Shown here piece after piece: positions 49,449 through 56,955 of a stretch of DNA of 64,000 nucleotides. The position numbers and the translations under genes were made by a program. The notes under the pieces are model-generated. The model was not told the origin of the DNA. It searched no databases and saw only the letters and a list, made by a program, of their open reading frames with translations. The DNA is taken from the IMG/VR virus record IMGVR_UViG_3300028805_000055, positions 89,680 to 153,679 of that record; one strand, given 5' to 3'. Each line of letters begins with the position of its first letter. Positions within the stretch are counted from its first letter, which is position 1. The stretch is from a virus. Taxonomy: Duplodnaviria; Caudoviricetes.

Positions 49449-49537
49449 TGGCTGGGGCGGGACTCAAACCCGCAACTATCTTGCGATAGACCTGCTTAGG
49501 AGGCAGGGACGGTCATTCGATTACGTTTTACCCAGTC
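49449..49537 (-). tRNA. tRNA-Arg(CCT), long variable arm
   Basis: CCTGC-CTCCTAA-GCAGG, V-arm CTATC-GCAA-GATAG, GCGGG-TTTGAGT-CCCGC. Confidence 0.8.
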
Positions 49538-49573
49538 AAATATTTACAATAAATATTGTGCTATTTCTAAATG

Positions 49574-49648
49574 TACCCCCTCAAGGAATCGAACCTCGCT
49601 CTCCATGTGAGTTTCCCCTAGGCGTCCTTACCGATAGACGAAGGAGGT
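49574..49648 (-). ncRNA. tRNA-Glu-like body without a canonical anticodon loop
   Basis: ACCTCCT/AGGGGGT, GTCT..GGAC D-arm, T-arm intact; AC arm CCTAGGG-GAAA-CTCACATGG. Confidence 0.7.
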
Positions 49649-49853
49649 ATGGATTGGGAATATGTTTTTGCTAGCGTCGCACAACTCCCGAAAAAAGCGA
49701 CATCCTTGACGTGGACTGACCGAACGGTTAACTTTCTTCCCCTTAAGTCCTATTCCGATAACCCGACTAGGAACATTTAGCGTTTCCCGTGCTGTGACTT
49801 CTGTTAAGTAAGTGGTGGGATAAGAAGGCACAAAAACCCCATCCACTGTATCG

Positions 49854-50219
49854 TTATAGCGGAGCTTCGAAACTCTCTAAGTCCTCAGAGATTGTATCGA
49901 CAATCCACTTTATAAAATCATCCTGTAACTTGGCTGCATCGTTAGGATTCATTCCAAGACCGCCACTACCAGTCAAGTATCCCCAGCCACGAACTAATAT
50001 TATGTTCTTACCTATGTAGATGATGTCTTTCTCAACCTTAATGGACTTCTTGTCGTATCTGTAATTACTGTCCCCATTGAGCACGTCAATGATACGTTTC
50101 AGTTCTCCCTGGGATGCTGGGTCAAAGGCAGTGAATGTTTTCACACCATTGGATGACTTAGCACACATCCCATCAATTACAACCTTGAAAGGTAATTTAT
50201 ATACTTCTTTGAAATCCAT
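49854..50219 (-). CDS. hypothetical phage protein
   Basis: VRGWGYLTGSGGL motif. Confidence 0.8.
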   Translation of the reverse strand: MDFKEVYKLPFKVVIDGMCAKSSNGVKTFTAFDPASQGELKRIIDVLNGDSNYRYDKKSIKVEKDIIYIGKNIILVRGWGYLTGSGGLGMNPNDAAKLQDDFIKWIVDTISEDLESFEAPL

Positions 50220-50237
50220 AATATTTTTTTATTTCTG

Positions 50238-50311
50238 TGGGCCAGCCTGGACTCGAACCAGGGACCTCAATCTTATGAGGATTTTGCTCTAACCTACTGA
50301 GCTACAAGCCC
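50238..50311 (-). tRNA. tRNA(CAT), probably Ile2
   Basis: canonical cloverleaf GGGCTTG.., CTCATAA. Confidence 0.9.
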
Positions 50312-50323
50312 TTTTTGAAAAAG

Positions 50324-50446
50324 TAGCCAAAGGAACTTCCTGGTTAATTCTGTGTGTAATCGTATATGACTACCCCTACGTCATACTATTTAACCCCTGT
50401 ATAGTAGAGGCGATAACAAAGTCCTATGTTAGGCTCTCTTTGGCTA
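50324..50446 (-). ncRNA. structured RNA candidate
   Basis: 9-bp closing stem TAGCCAAAG/CTTTGGCTA; two hairpins with AGGGGT loops. Confidence 0.5.
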
Positions 50447-50450
50447 TATG

Positions 50451-50552
50451 TTGAAGGTGGGCGAGTTCGCTTTACCATTTAAGCTCTACATCCACGTCTT
50501 TCGTGTCTGGCAGTTTGTACCTGCAATGACAACTCGTTGACCACATCTTCAA
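50451..50552 (-). ncRNA. circularly permuted tRNA-like (Y RNA/YrlA-like) RNA
   Basis: terminal stem, then T-arm, loop-closed acceptor, D-arm. Confidence 0.55.
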
Positions 50553-50566
50553 TTTCTAATTCACGG

Positions 50567-50600
50567 TGCAAAGATATATAAAATTTTCCAAATAACCAAA
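50567..50600 (-). promoter_or_regulatory. Bacteroidota-type promoter driving ncRNAs
   Basis: TTTG..TATCTTTGCA. Confidence 0.8.
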
Positions 50601-50626
50601 TTTTTTAAGGCTTTTTTTGAAAAAAA

Positions 50627-51076
50627 TTATGCTAGCTCAATTTTTAGCCCAAGGTCTTTGGCACTCTGTATGCGTCTTTCATCATCCCACTTACTGCGTT
50701 TCTTCTTACCATGACTATCCAGCCATATGTAGGCAATCATCATGGCGATAATAAATGGAATTGGCGTTAAGAACAGGACAAAGATTGCTATTCCTCCAGT
50801 CATCATACCATCAAGGAAAGCATCAATTTTATCACTATCATTGGCTTTACCTCTTACCAGCTTTCTGGGAGGCTGTGGCTTGGTGTCAGATTCAACAGGA
50901 ATACCGAAGTTCCCCTTCTTGACTGGATATCCCATTTCGGTATAGTTGAAATTGATGATATCTGACTTAACCTCATATTTATCCTTCTGTTGCCAGGGTA
51001 TGTCAAGCTTTACATTATCAGCATGTGTACACAATGGTAACATGATAAAGATTATAATCCAGAATTTTTTAATCAT
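50627..51076 (-). CDS. membrane protein
   Basis: signal peptide plus TM. Confidence 0.7.
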   Translation of the reverse strand: MIKKFWIIIFIMLPLCTHADNVKLDIPWQQKDKYEVKSDIINFNYTEMGYPVKKGNFGIPVESDTKPQPPRKLVRGKANDSDKIDAFLDGMMTGGIAIFVLFLTPIPFIIAMMIAYIWLDSHGKKKRSKWDDERRIQSAKDLGLKIELA

Positions 51077-51087
51077 ATTGTATCTAA

Positions 51088-51459
51088 TTAATAGTTTTGC
51101 TTACCTGGGATAACTCCACGAATGCCACCACGAGGGTTCTCACAATCGCCATCATAGCGAGGTATGATGTGTATATGACAATGCATCACAGTCTGTCCTG
51201 CACTCTGACCACAGTTGACACCGATGTTATAGCCAGTTGGGTGAAACTTGTCATCCAGAAGCTTCTTCACATCGTTCAGTCTGAAGTTCAATGACTCTTT
51301 CAGTCTGTCTGGCAGGTCGAAGAACGTCTCATAATGCTCCTTTGGAATGAGTAACACATGACCAGGGGTTACAGGGTATGCGTCAAACATGGCGACCCAC
51401 TCTGTTGTTTCAAACAGGATTCTACTCTTGTCAATGTTACAAAAAACACATTTATCCAT
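51088..51459 (-). CDS. HIT family hydrolase
   Basis: CVFC, PGH.L.IPK.H, AGQTVMHCHIH. Confidence 0.95.
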   Translation of the reverse strand: MDKCVFCNIDKSRILFETTEWVAMFDAYPVTPGHVLLIPKEHYETFFDLPDRLKESLNFRLNDVKKLLDDKFHPTGYNIGVNCGQSAGQTVMHCHIHIIPRYDGDCENPRGGIRGVIPGKQNY

Positions 51460-52012
51460 ACTCTAATTTACCATTTGGGTATTTGTTGAAAAACTCTATT
51501 ATAATATCTCTTATCTCGTCGCACATACCTTCTCTTTCTCCGTATATGATTTTCTTGCTATCGTACCCCTCAAGGAACTTGATAGCTGACTCAGCATCGT
51601 AGAACTTCTCTGGAGGGTAGCCGTAGACTCTGAAGTTATCCCAATACTCTGGGACTTGGTAGTAGTCATCCAAGGTCTTGCCAAATAGGATGTGCTCGTC
51701 TGATAATGCCTTTAGAAGTTTGTTTATATCAGTCTCGTCACTCTCGAAGAGTTCCAGCCTTCTCTTGTATTTCTTGATAGTTTTCTCGTAATACTCCTTG
51801 CTGTTCATTTTCTGGAGAATCTTGACCCAGTTTTTATCCTTTATCTTCTTGGAGTCTACCAGGTCTCTGCCAATACCATCAAGGAACTGCTTGCAGGTAC
51901 ACTTGAAGATGTGGGAGTTCCTTATGGTGTACGCCCCTCTCTCCTTGTATATCTTGATATGCTCTAGTGGTATATCAGCTATCTTATTGAAAAACCATGT
52001 ATGACATCCCAT
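51452..52012 (-). CDS. hypothetical phage protein
   Basis: MGCHTWF..YPNG. Confidence 0.8.
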   Translation of the reverse strand: MGCHTWFFNKIADIPLEHIKIYKERGAYTIRNSHIFKCTCKQFLDGIGRDLVDSKKIKDKNWVKILQKMNSKEYYEKTIKKYKRRLELFESDETDINKLLKALSDEHILFGKTLDDYYQVPEYWDNFRVYGYPPEKFYDAESAIKFLEGYDSKKIIYGEREGMCDEIRDIIIEFFNKYPNGKLEYG

Positions 52013-52039
52013 AATTAATAATGTTTATATTTGCCGTTG

Positions 52040-52125
52040 TGAGCGTAGTGGGATTCGAACCCACGTAGCCTTATCGCCATAATAGTTTTAGAGACTATCC
52101 CAATCGACCTCTCTGGCATACGCTC
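52040..52125 (-). tRNA. amber suppressor tRNA(CTA), long variable region
   Basis: GAGCGTA/TACGCTC, A73, ATAGT-CTCTAAA-ACTAT, GTGGG-TTCGAAT-CCCAC. Confidence 0.88.
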
Positions 52126-52128
52126 TTG

Positions 52129-52824
52129 TTAATCTAGAACTTGATTCTTAGATAATGGTAGGCCATAATGCTTAAACCATTTTCTAATTGCCACATCTGA
52201 CACACCATACTTTTTACCAACCTTCCTAAAGCTTTTCAGTTCTTTAAATGACTGAATAAACTCATCTTTCGATGGATGAGAATTTCTCCAGATTTCTTCT
52301 TTTAAATTTTTGTTGTATTCTTTTTTTGGAGCTTTAACAACATTTTTTTTCCTATATTTTGTTTTCTCACAAGTTCTATTCTTGGAGGTAAAATTATCTG
52401 TTTGAGAATGACAATTTGGGCATAAAATTTGTAAGTTTTCTAACCTATTATCATTATTAATACCATTAATATGATGTACTTGTAAAGAAATTGGCTTTCC
52501 TTGCCACTCTGTTATGCCACATATCTCGCATTTATTTTCTTTTAAGCCTTCATTAAGTAATCTTTTTTTTAATTTTTGATTTGTATATGTACTATTTTCT
52601 ACTAGTACACTTTCTATTGGCATTTTTTTACGATACTCTCCAATTTTTTCACTTTGATATGTGAATTTTAATTCTATGTTGTATTTTTTAGATAAATCTC
52701 TAATTTGTTTGTAATCATAACTATTAGGATTTACAATACCAATTTTGTGGCATAAATCAAGCATGTTAACAGAAGAACCACTTGATAATTCTATAAGTTT
52801 GTCTAAAAGTAATTCATTTTTCAT
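52129..52824 (-). CDS. HNH endonuclease with C-terminal HTH
   Basis: CEIC, HHING..DN..ENL..LCPNCH; AT-rich. Confidence 0.92.
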   Translation of the reverse strand: MKNELLLDKLIELSSGSSVNMLDLCHKIGIVNPNSYDYKQIRDLSKKYNIELKFTYQSEKIGEYRKKMPIESVLVENSTYTNQKLKKRLLNEGLKENKCEICGITEWQGKPISLQVHHINGINNDNRLENLQILCPNCHSQTDNFTSKNRTCEKTKYRKKNVVKAPKKEYNKNLKEEIWRNSHPSKDEFIQSFKELKSFRKVGKKYGVSDVAIRKWFKHYGLPLSKNQVLD

Positions 52825-52894
52825 ATTAAATCTATTTTATTATAAATAGTATTAATGTTAAAAAATCAAACTAATTACAAAACTTTTTTTTTAA

Positions 52895-52933
52895 CGGTTT
52901 GGACTGCCGCTTTCCCCATTCAGCCATACGCCC
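52895..52933 (-). pseudogene. orphan tRNA 5' half
   Basis: GGGCGTA-TG-GCTG-AATGGGGA-AAGC-G-GCAGT-C, then truncated. Confidence 0.7.
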
Positions 52934-52941
52934 ATTTATAA

Positions 52942-53331
52942 CTATTTCATATGCAGCCTTGCTCTTTCACTTCTGAATAAAGCAGCAAACATATTGGAGA
53001 CATGTGTCATAACAGTTCTACGCCATTCAGTAGATTCTAGCTCAAGAACCTTCCACTTGGAATTATTCTTCTCTTGCCACATCTTGCATACCGTTTTAAA
53101 ATACACCAGTTTGAAATTGTCGCTAGGCAGCTTTTCATAATAGTTGGCATACCACTTGGCAAACATGTTAAGATAAAGAACAACCTGGTTTCTTACGTAA
53201 GAGTTATTCTCACATAGAATCTCTTCCACAGTATCACAGATGCGTGACGGTCTGTTATCTAACCTCTTTCTGAAGAAGTTAATCGTCTTCTTGACGGTCA
53301 ACTCATCGTAATCCTTTTTGAACTTCCCCAT
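52942..53331 (-). CDS. hypothetical protein
   Basis: 129-aa ORF. Confidence 0.7.
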   Translation of the reverse strand: MGKFKKDYDELTVKKTINFFRKRLDNRPSRICDTVEEILCENNSYVRNQVVLYLNMFAKWYANYYEKLPSDNFKLVYFKTVCKMWQEKNNSKWKVLELESTEWRRTVMTHVSNMFAALFRSERARLHMK

Positions 53332-53645
53332 TATTCAGATTCTATTTGCTTAAGTTTCTTCTTCATGTTATCAAGTCTCCTAGTGCTAACTTTAATCATT
53401 GCCTCAGTGGTCACAATTTCCTGTCTAAGGCTCTCCATGATGGTCTGCTTGCACTCTTCCACGCTGTCATAAATAAACGAGCCACGAGTCAAATAAAAGC
53501 CATTATCGAGGTCTACACGACCAATAAGGAACTTGGGACGTGGATTGTCATCTATGGGCTTCTCTACAACAGTAGCCTCCACAACGTCATATCCAGACTT
53601 GTAGATAACTTTTTCACCAGGTTTAATATCTCCTACCTTTTTCAT
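53331..53645 (-). CDS. hypothetical protein, leaderless
   Basis: 104-aa ORF. Confidence 0.75.
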   Translation of the reverse strand: MKKVGDIKPGEKVIYKSGYDVVEATVVEKPIDDNPRPKFLIGRVDLDNGFYLTRGSFIYDSVEECKQTIMESLRQEIVTTEAMIKVSTRRLDNMKKKLKQIESE

Positions 53646-53647
53646 GC

Positions 53648-53680
53648 TGCAAAGATATACAAAATATTTGGAATATCAAA
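53648..53680 (-). promoter_or_regulatory. Bacteroidota-type promoter
   Basis: TTTG..TATCTTTGCA. Confidence 0.75.
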
Positions 53681-53701
53681 ATTTATTAACGTAAATTAAG
53701 A

Positions 53702-53732
53702 AAGCCGTACTGAATATTCTTCAATACGGCTT
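53702..53732 (-). terminator. terminator-like hairpin
   Basis: AAGCCGTATTGAA/TTCAGTACGGCTT. Confidence 0.7.
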
Positions 53733-53739
53733 TATATTA

Positions 53740-54039
53740 TTAGTCTTCGGTTACAATCTTCAAGTTCTTGAATAGCTCTTCGTGTCCGAAAACCGCTAAG
53801 GCTGTTGTCTTGTAATCAAGGTCTGGTTCTTTGAACTCAGTATACTCGACATCCATTGCCTCAAGCCTCATCTTCCACTTACTTATGTCAGCACTTAAGT
53901 AAATCAAATAATCGTTCTGCCACTCCTGGCTATCGGGATGCTCCAGCATCCACTGTGCCACTGCGTGTCCACCCTGGACACAGCCATATACAGGTCTGAG
54001 TGACTTGTCAATTAGTACATATAACTTTCTCTTCTCCAT
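53740..54039 (-). CDS. phage peptidyl-tRNA hydrolase (Pth2-like)
   Basis: KLYVL, QGGHA, F.EPD...TALA. Confidence 0.7.
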   Translation of the reverse strand: MEKRKLYVLIDKSLRPVYGCVQGGHAVAQWMLEHPDSQEWQNDYLIYLSADISKWKMRLEAMDVEYTEFKEPDLDYKTTALAVFGHEELFKNLKIVTED

Positions 54040-54350
54040 TATTCCTGTGGGTCTGCATACTTGTTATACTTACTGATGACTGAATTCTTGAACGAAGGTA
54101 TTGCTGTCCTTTCAGTCCAATCACCGCCAGACATACCGTGCCAACGTCCGCTGAAAAGCATCTTGTGGCAACGAGTATTAACCTCTTCCTCTAAGTATTT
54201 GTCACGCTCCTCGCCAGTTATCCTGTGCTTGAAGATGTAATAAGCTACATAGTCAGAATGGTCTTTCTCTGCGTCTGACTTAATGAATTCCTTAAACTTA
54301 AGATACTGCTCTTTTGTGGTATCTGTATTTGTAAAAATTTTCTTTTCCAT
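54039..54350 (-). CDS. hypothetical protein coupled to Pth2-like gene
   Basis: 103-aa ORF, TAATG overlap. Confidence 0.75.
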   Translation of the reverse strand: MEKKIFTNTDTTKEQYLKFKEFIKSDAEKDHSDYVAYYIFKHRITGEERDKYLEEEVNTRCHKMLFSGRWHGMSGGDWTERTAIPSFKNSVISKYNKYADPQE

Positions 54351-54421
54351 GTTGTATAAATTTTAATTTGATGTTATTAATTAAGTAAAGTTACCTCACT
54401 ACATTTCCCTTCAAATAAAAC

Positions 54422-54496
54422 TTATACGTCAGGACCACGAATCAGTTTCAGCTACCAGAACTGGTCAGAAACCTACCAAAAACTGTTTTTCTTCAT
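54422..54496 (-). CDS. putative leader peptide with two in-frame TAG codons
   Basis: MKKNSFW*VSDQFW*LKLIRGPDV-TAA; A-rich initiation region. Confidence 0.55.
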
Positions 54497-54529
54497 ACTA
54501 CTTTAAATTTTAAATTGTTATTAAAAAAC

Positions 54530-54593
54530 GGAAGCCATTCCTTTTCGTTGGCAGCGGCATTTCTACCGCTAAAGGGATTTGCTGTTAGCTTCC
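54530..54593 (-). ncRNA. ACAGCA-type element
   Basis: GGAAGC/GCTTCC, AACAGCAAA, GAAA hairpin. Confidence 0.6.
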
Positions 54594-54633
54594 TTGTTGT
54601 ATTTTAGTTTCTGAACTAATATTCTCAGAATAA

Positions 54634-54721
54634 GGGAACTACGATTTGTTGGAATCGAACCAACCTTTTCTGTTTTCAAGACAAAAATTTCACCCTGTAC
54701 AAAAACTTGCTGTAAGTTCCC
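54634..54721 (-). ncRNA. ACAGCA-type tRNA mimic (TGA loop)
   Basis: GGGAACT/AGTTCCC, TACAGCAAG, CTTGAAA loop, GTTGG-TTCGATT-CCAAC. Confidence 0.7.
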
Positions 54722-54724
54722 ATG

Positions 54725-54796
54725 TGGAGAATGTGGGATTCGAACCCCTCTGAATCCTTGCAAAGGACTAGTGCTAGCCGTTACACTACAAACCCC
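54725..54796 (-). tRNA. irregular tRNA-Ala(TGC)
   Basis: G3:U70, AGTCC-TTTGCAA-GGATT; mismatched acceptor and T stems. Confidence 0.65.
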
Positions 54797-54882
54797 AAAA
54801 TGCTAGTTTTTGTACAGAACTAACAAACTGCATACTATGAAAACAACTGTTTAGTGACCATCCATCCAACTGTTTCATTTGT

Positions 54883-54925
54883 AAGTCATGAAGGAGTCGA
54901 ACCTTCTTTTTACCACTTTGACCTT
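54883..54925 (-). ncRNA. tRNA minihelix-like element
   Basis: AGGTCA/TGACTT plus GAAGG-TTCGACT-CCTTC; no AC arm. Confidence 0.5.
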
Positions 54926-55252
54926 TTAGAGTATTTCAACAACCTTGCCGTAAATCTGGTTTCGGCTTATCCAGCCATTCATGTGACCATGATTATTACC
55001 GATTAGGTATTCCTTGTCATTCTTGATTGCATGTATTAAGTGCAAATAATGATAACCTTTTACCTTGCAGAGAACGATGTCTCTCTTCTTTAAGGTTGTC
55101 TTGTCTGTCACAGGCTCAACTATCACAGGTTGCCTGGATTTCAAAATAGGTGTCATAGAATTACCAATTCCAGTCACCTTACATGTCTCACCTGCTCTCA
55201 GATGATTGCATGTCTCTTGGTTTTCAAACCCACTATAAGTAAAATCTTTCAT
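54926..55252 (-). CDS. S24/S26 peptidase-like protein
   Basis: GNSMTP.L, DIVLCKV, YLH. Confidence 0.75.
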   Translation of the reverse strand: MKDFTYSGFENQETCNHLRAGETCKVTGIGNSMTPILKSRQPVIVEPVTDKTTLKKRDIVLCKVKGYHYLHLIHAIKNDKEYLIGNNHGHMNGWISRNQIYGKVVEIL

Positions 55253-55271
55253 AATTAAAATTGTTAAGCGG

Positions 55272-55382
55272 TGGAGCATAGGAGAATCGAACTCCAGAGG
55301 TCAAAACAAATACACCTCACGTATGGTCTTCTTATGCGCAAAACCGACCAGCAGGTCACCACCCAACGTGTTTTTATGCCCC
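55272..55382 (-). ncRNA. Ala-acceptor tRNA-like RNA
   Basis: GGGGCAT/ATGCTCC-A (G3:U70), T-arm; D/AC arms replaced. Confidence 0.65.
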
Positions 55383-55400
55383 ATAGATTTTACTTACTTG

Positions 55401-55521
55401 CAGGGACAGAAGGATTTGAACCTCCGTCGTTTATCCTTTTCCAAACATCAACACTTCCCGAAGTCCGTGTATATACGAATGGAATCGTAACAAATTATTC
55501 TAACCGCTAAACTATATCCCT
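55401..55521 (-). tRNA. tRNA with ~50-nt insertion in anticodon loop (Arg-ACG?)
   Basis: AGGGATA/TGTCCCT, normal D and T arms, long hairpin insert. Confidence 0.7.
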
Positions 55522-55535
55522 ATAAAAATACAAAA

Positions 55536-56399
55536 GACTGAGAACTTTGTCTTATTGTGGATGCCTTTTCACAACGGTTGGACGTTGCTGTTCACACGCC
55601 ACCTTACGATGGACGTAGACACCATGCACAATAGTTTTGCGAAAACTACTAAACACTTACTGGTTTAAACCTTTCGGTACAGAATCATAACATTCATTTC
55701 ACCACCAAGCTCTTGCGGATTCACTGGATGCCTCCAGCTAACTCAGATGACTACTTTTACTCGTTCATCGGATTCCTTGCGAGTCCCCGATGCCTCCATA
55801 TTGCAGGAGAGATAAGTGCATTTTATCTGCCCAGTGTCGCACACTTTCGCTTTTAATATTTATTTTAAAAGACGACAGGATTCGAACCTGTAACACTCGG
55901 ATTAACAATCTGATGCTCTACCGTTGAGCTACACTTCCACAACTAACGGAAGACGAGGTGCGACCCTTAGCATCCGTGCCTTTTGAGCACAGCCCACTAA
56001 ATCGCCTTCCTATGCCAAGACCACCACAGTCCTGTAGCACCGATACACACTCTCAGCCTTACGGTTCTTAACGCTTATAGACTACGCATTTCACGTTAAG
56101 ACGATTGTGTATCTGAATCCAACCCGCCAACTGGTGACTATTGAATCGGATTCAACAGAGTAATCTATTGTATCGCTACTCAACCAAAGCTGTTAACCTT
56201 GGTAGCACGTCGCACTGCATTTACCGACAGAACTCCGTGCCGTACCCTGTTCTTTTCAGTGAAATGCCCTGGTTTTCCAGAACATCTGAGTCGGGTTAGT
56301 TGCCAATATCCGTCTCATTTATCCCATCACTGGATTATCCTTATGGCTACGAAAGCTAGCCGTTCTTCCTCGTTTTCAGCCGAAGCCTACAACGTGAGA
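55536..56399 (-). ncRNA. large structured RNA, GOLLD-like, with embedded degenerate tRNA-Asn
   Basis: ~860 nt without a credible ORF, many GNRA hairpins, within tRNA cluster. Confidence 0.5.
55867..55938 (-). pseudogene. degenerate tRNA-Asn(GTT)
   Basis: D, AC (TTGTTAA) and T arms present; acceptor mostly G-U or mismatched. Confidence 0.65.
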
Positions 56400-56404
56400 A
56401 GTAG

Positions 56405-56519
56405 TTGGTAAGAGCAGATTTGCACTGCTGAAGCCGCCTAAGCGACACATCAAGCACGAACTTGATGCCCATTTGTCTACATCTAGGTGTTACCCTAGTT
56501 CTCCTCTGGTACTTACCAA
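56405..56519 (-). ncRNA. tRNA-shaped array RNA copy A
   Basis: shared covarying fold with copies B-E. Confidence 0.85.
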
Positions 56520-56724
56520 AAGGTGATTTTTTACTTTGTTCACCACAAAATATAGTAAGTAGTATTGTAAAGGCTGATTCATTTTTCAGAACCAATTTAA
56601 TGGTAAAGGACATCCGCTTTATTTCATACGGTTGTATGTTTGTCGCAACCTCACTTTCCTCGCCAACCTTTACTGCCGATTGCACCTGAGCATTTATACT
56701 ACTTTAACGCTTAACTGATACTCG

Positions 56725-56836
56725 TTGGAAGAGGTGGATTTGCACACACCGAAGCTCCGAAGAGCACACTAAGCACGAACTTAGTGCCCATTTGTCTACA
56801 TCAGCCTTGCGACTGTTCTCCTCTGGTATCTTCCAA
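56725..56836 (-). ncRNA. tRNA-shaped array RNA copy B
   Basis: shared covarying fold. Confidence 0.85.
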
Positions 56837-56837
56837 A

Positions 56838-56951
56838 TGGTTGGTAGAGGTGGATTTGCGCCACCGAAGCTCCTAAGAGCACATTACTCACGAAAGTAAT
56901 GCCGATTTGTCTACATCTGGATTACTCCAGTTCTCCTCTCGTATCTACCAA
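56838..56951 (-). ncRNA. tRNA-shaped array RNA copy C (encoded CCA)
   Basis: TGGTAGA/TCTACCA-A-CCA. Confidence 0.88.
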
Positions 56952-56955
56952 AGAG

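Noticed and set aside
52020-52040. HDV-like theta ribozyme next to the suppressor tRNA
   Set aside because: 3' flank is a short AT-rich spacer with no pseudoknot potential visible
52040-52933. Group I intron with HNH in a tRNA
   Set aside because: Flanks are too short and AT-rich for a ribozyme core, and the downstream tRNA is already complete
56602-56674. RNase P RNA (GAGGAAAGT seen)
   Set aside because: Not followed by CC, no matching 3' P4 strand, and the enclosing stem spans only ~70 nt
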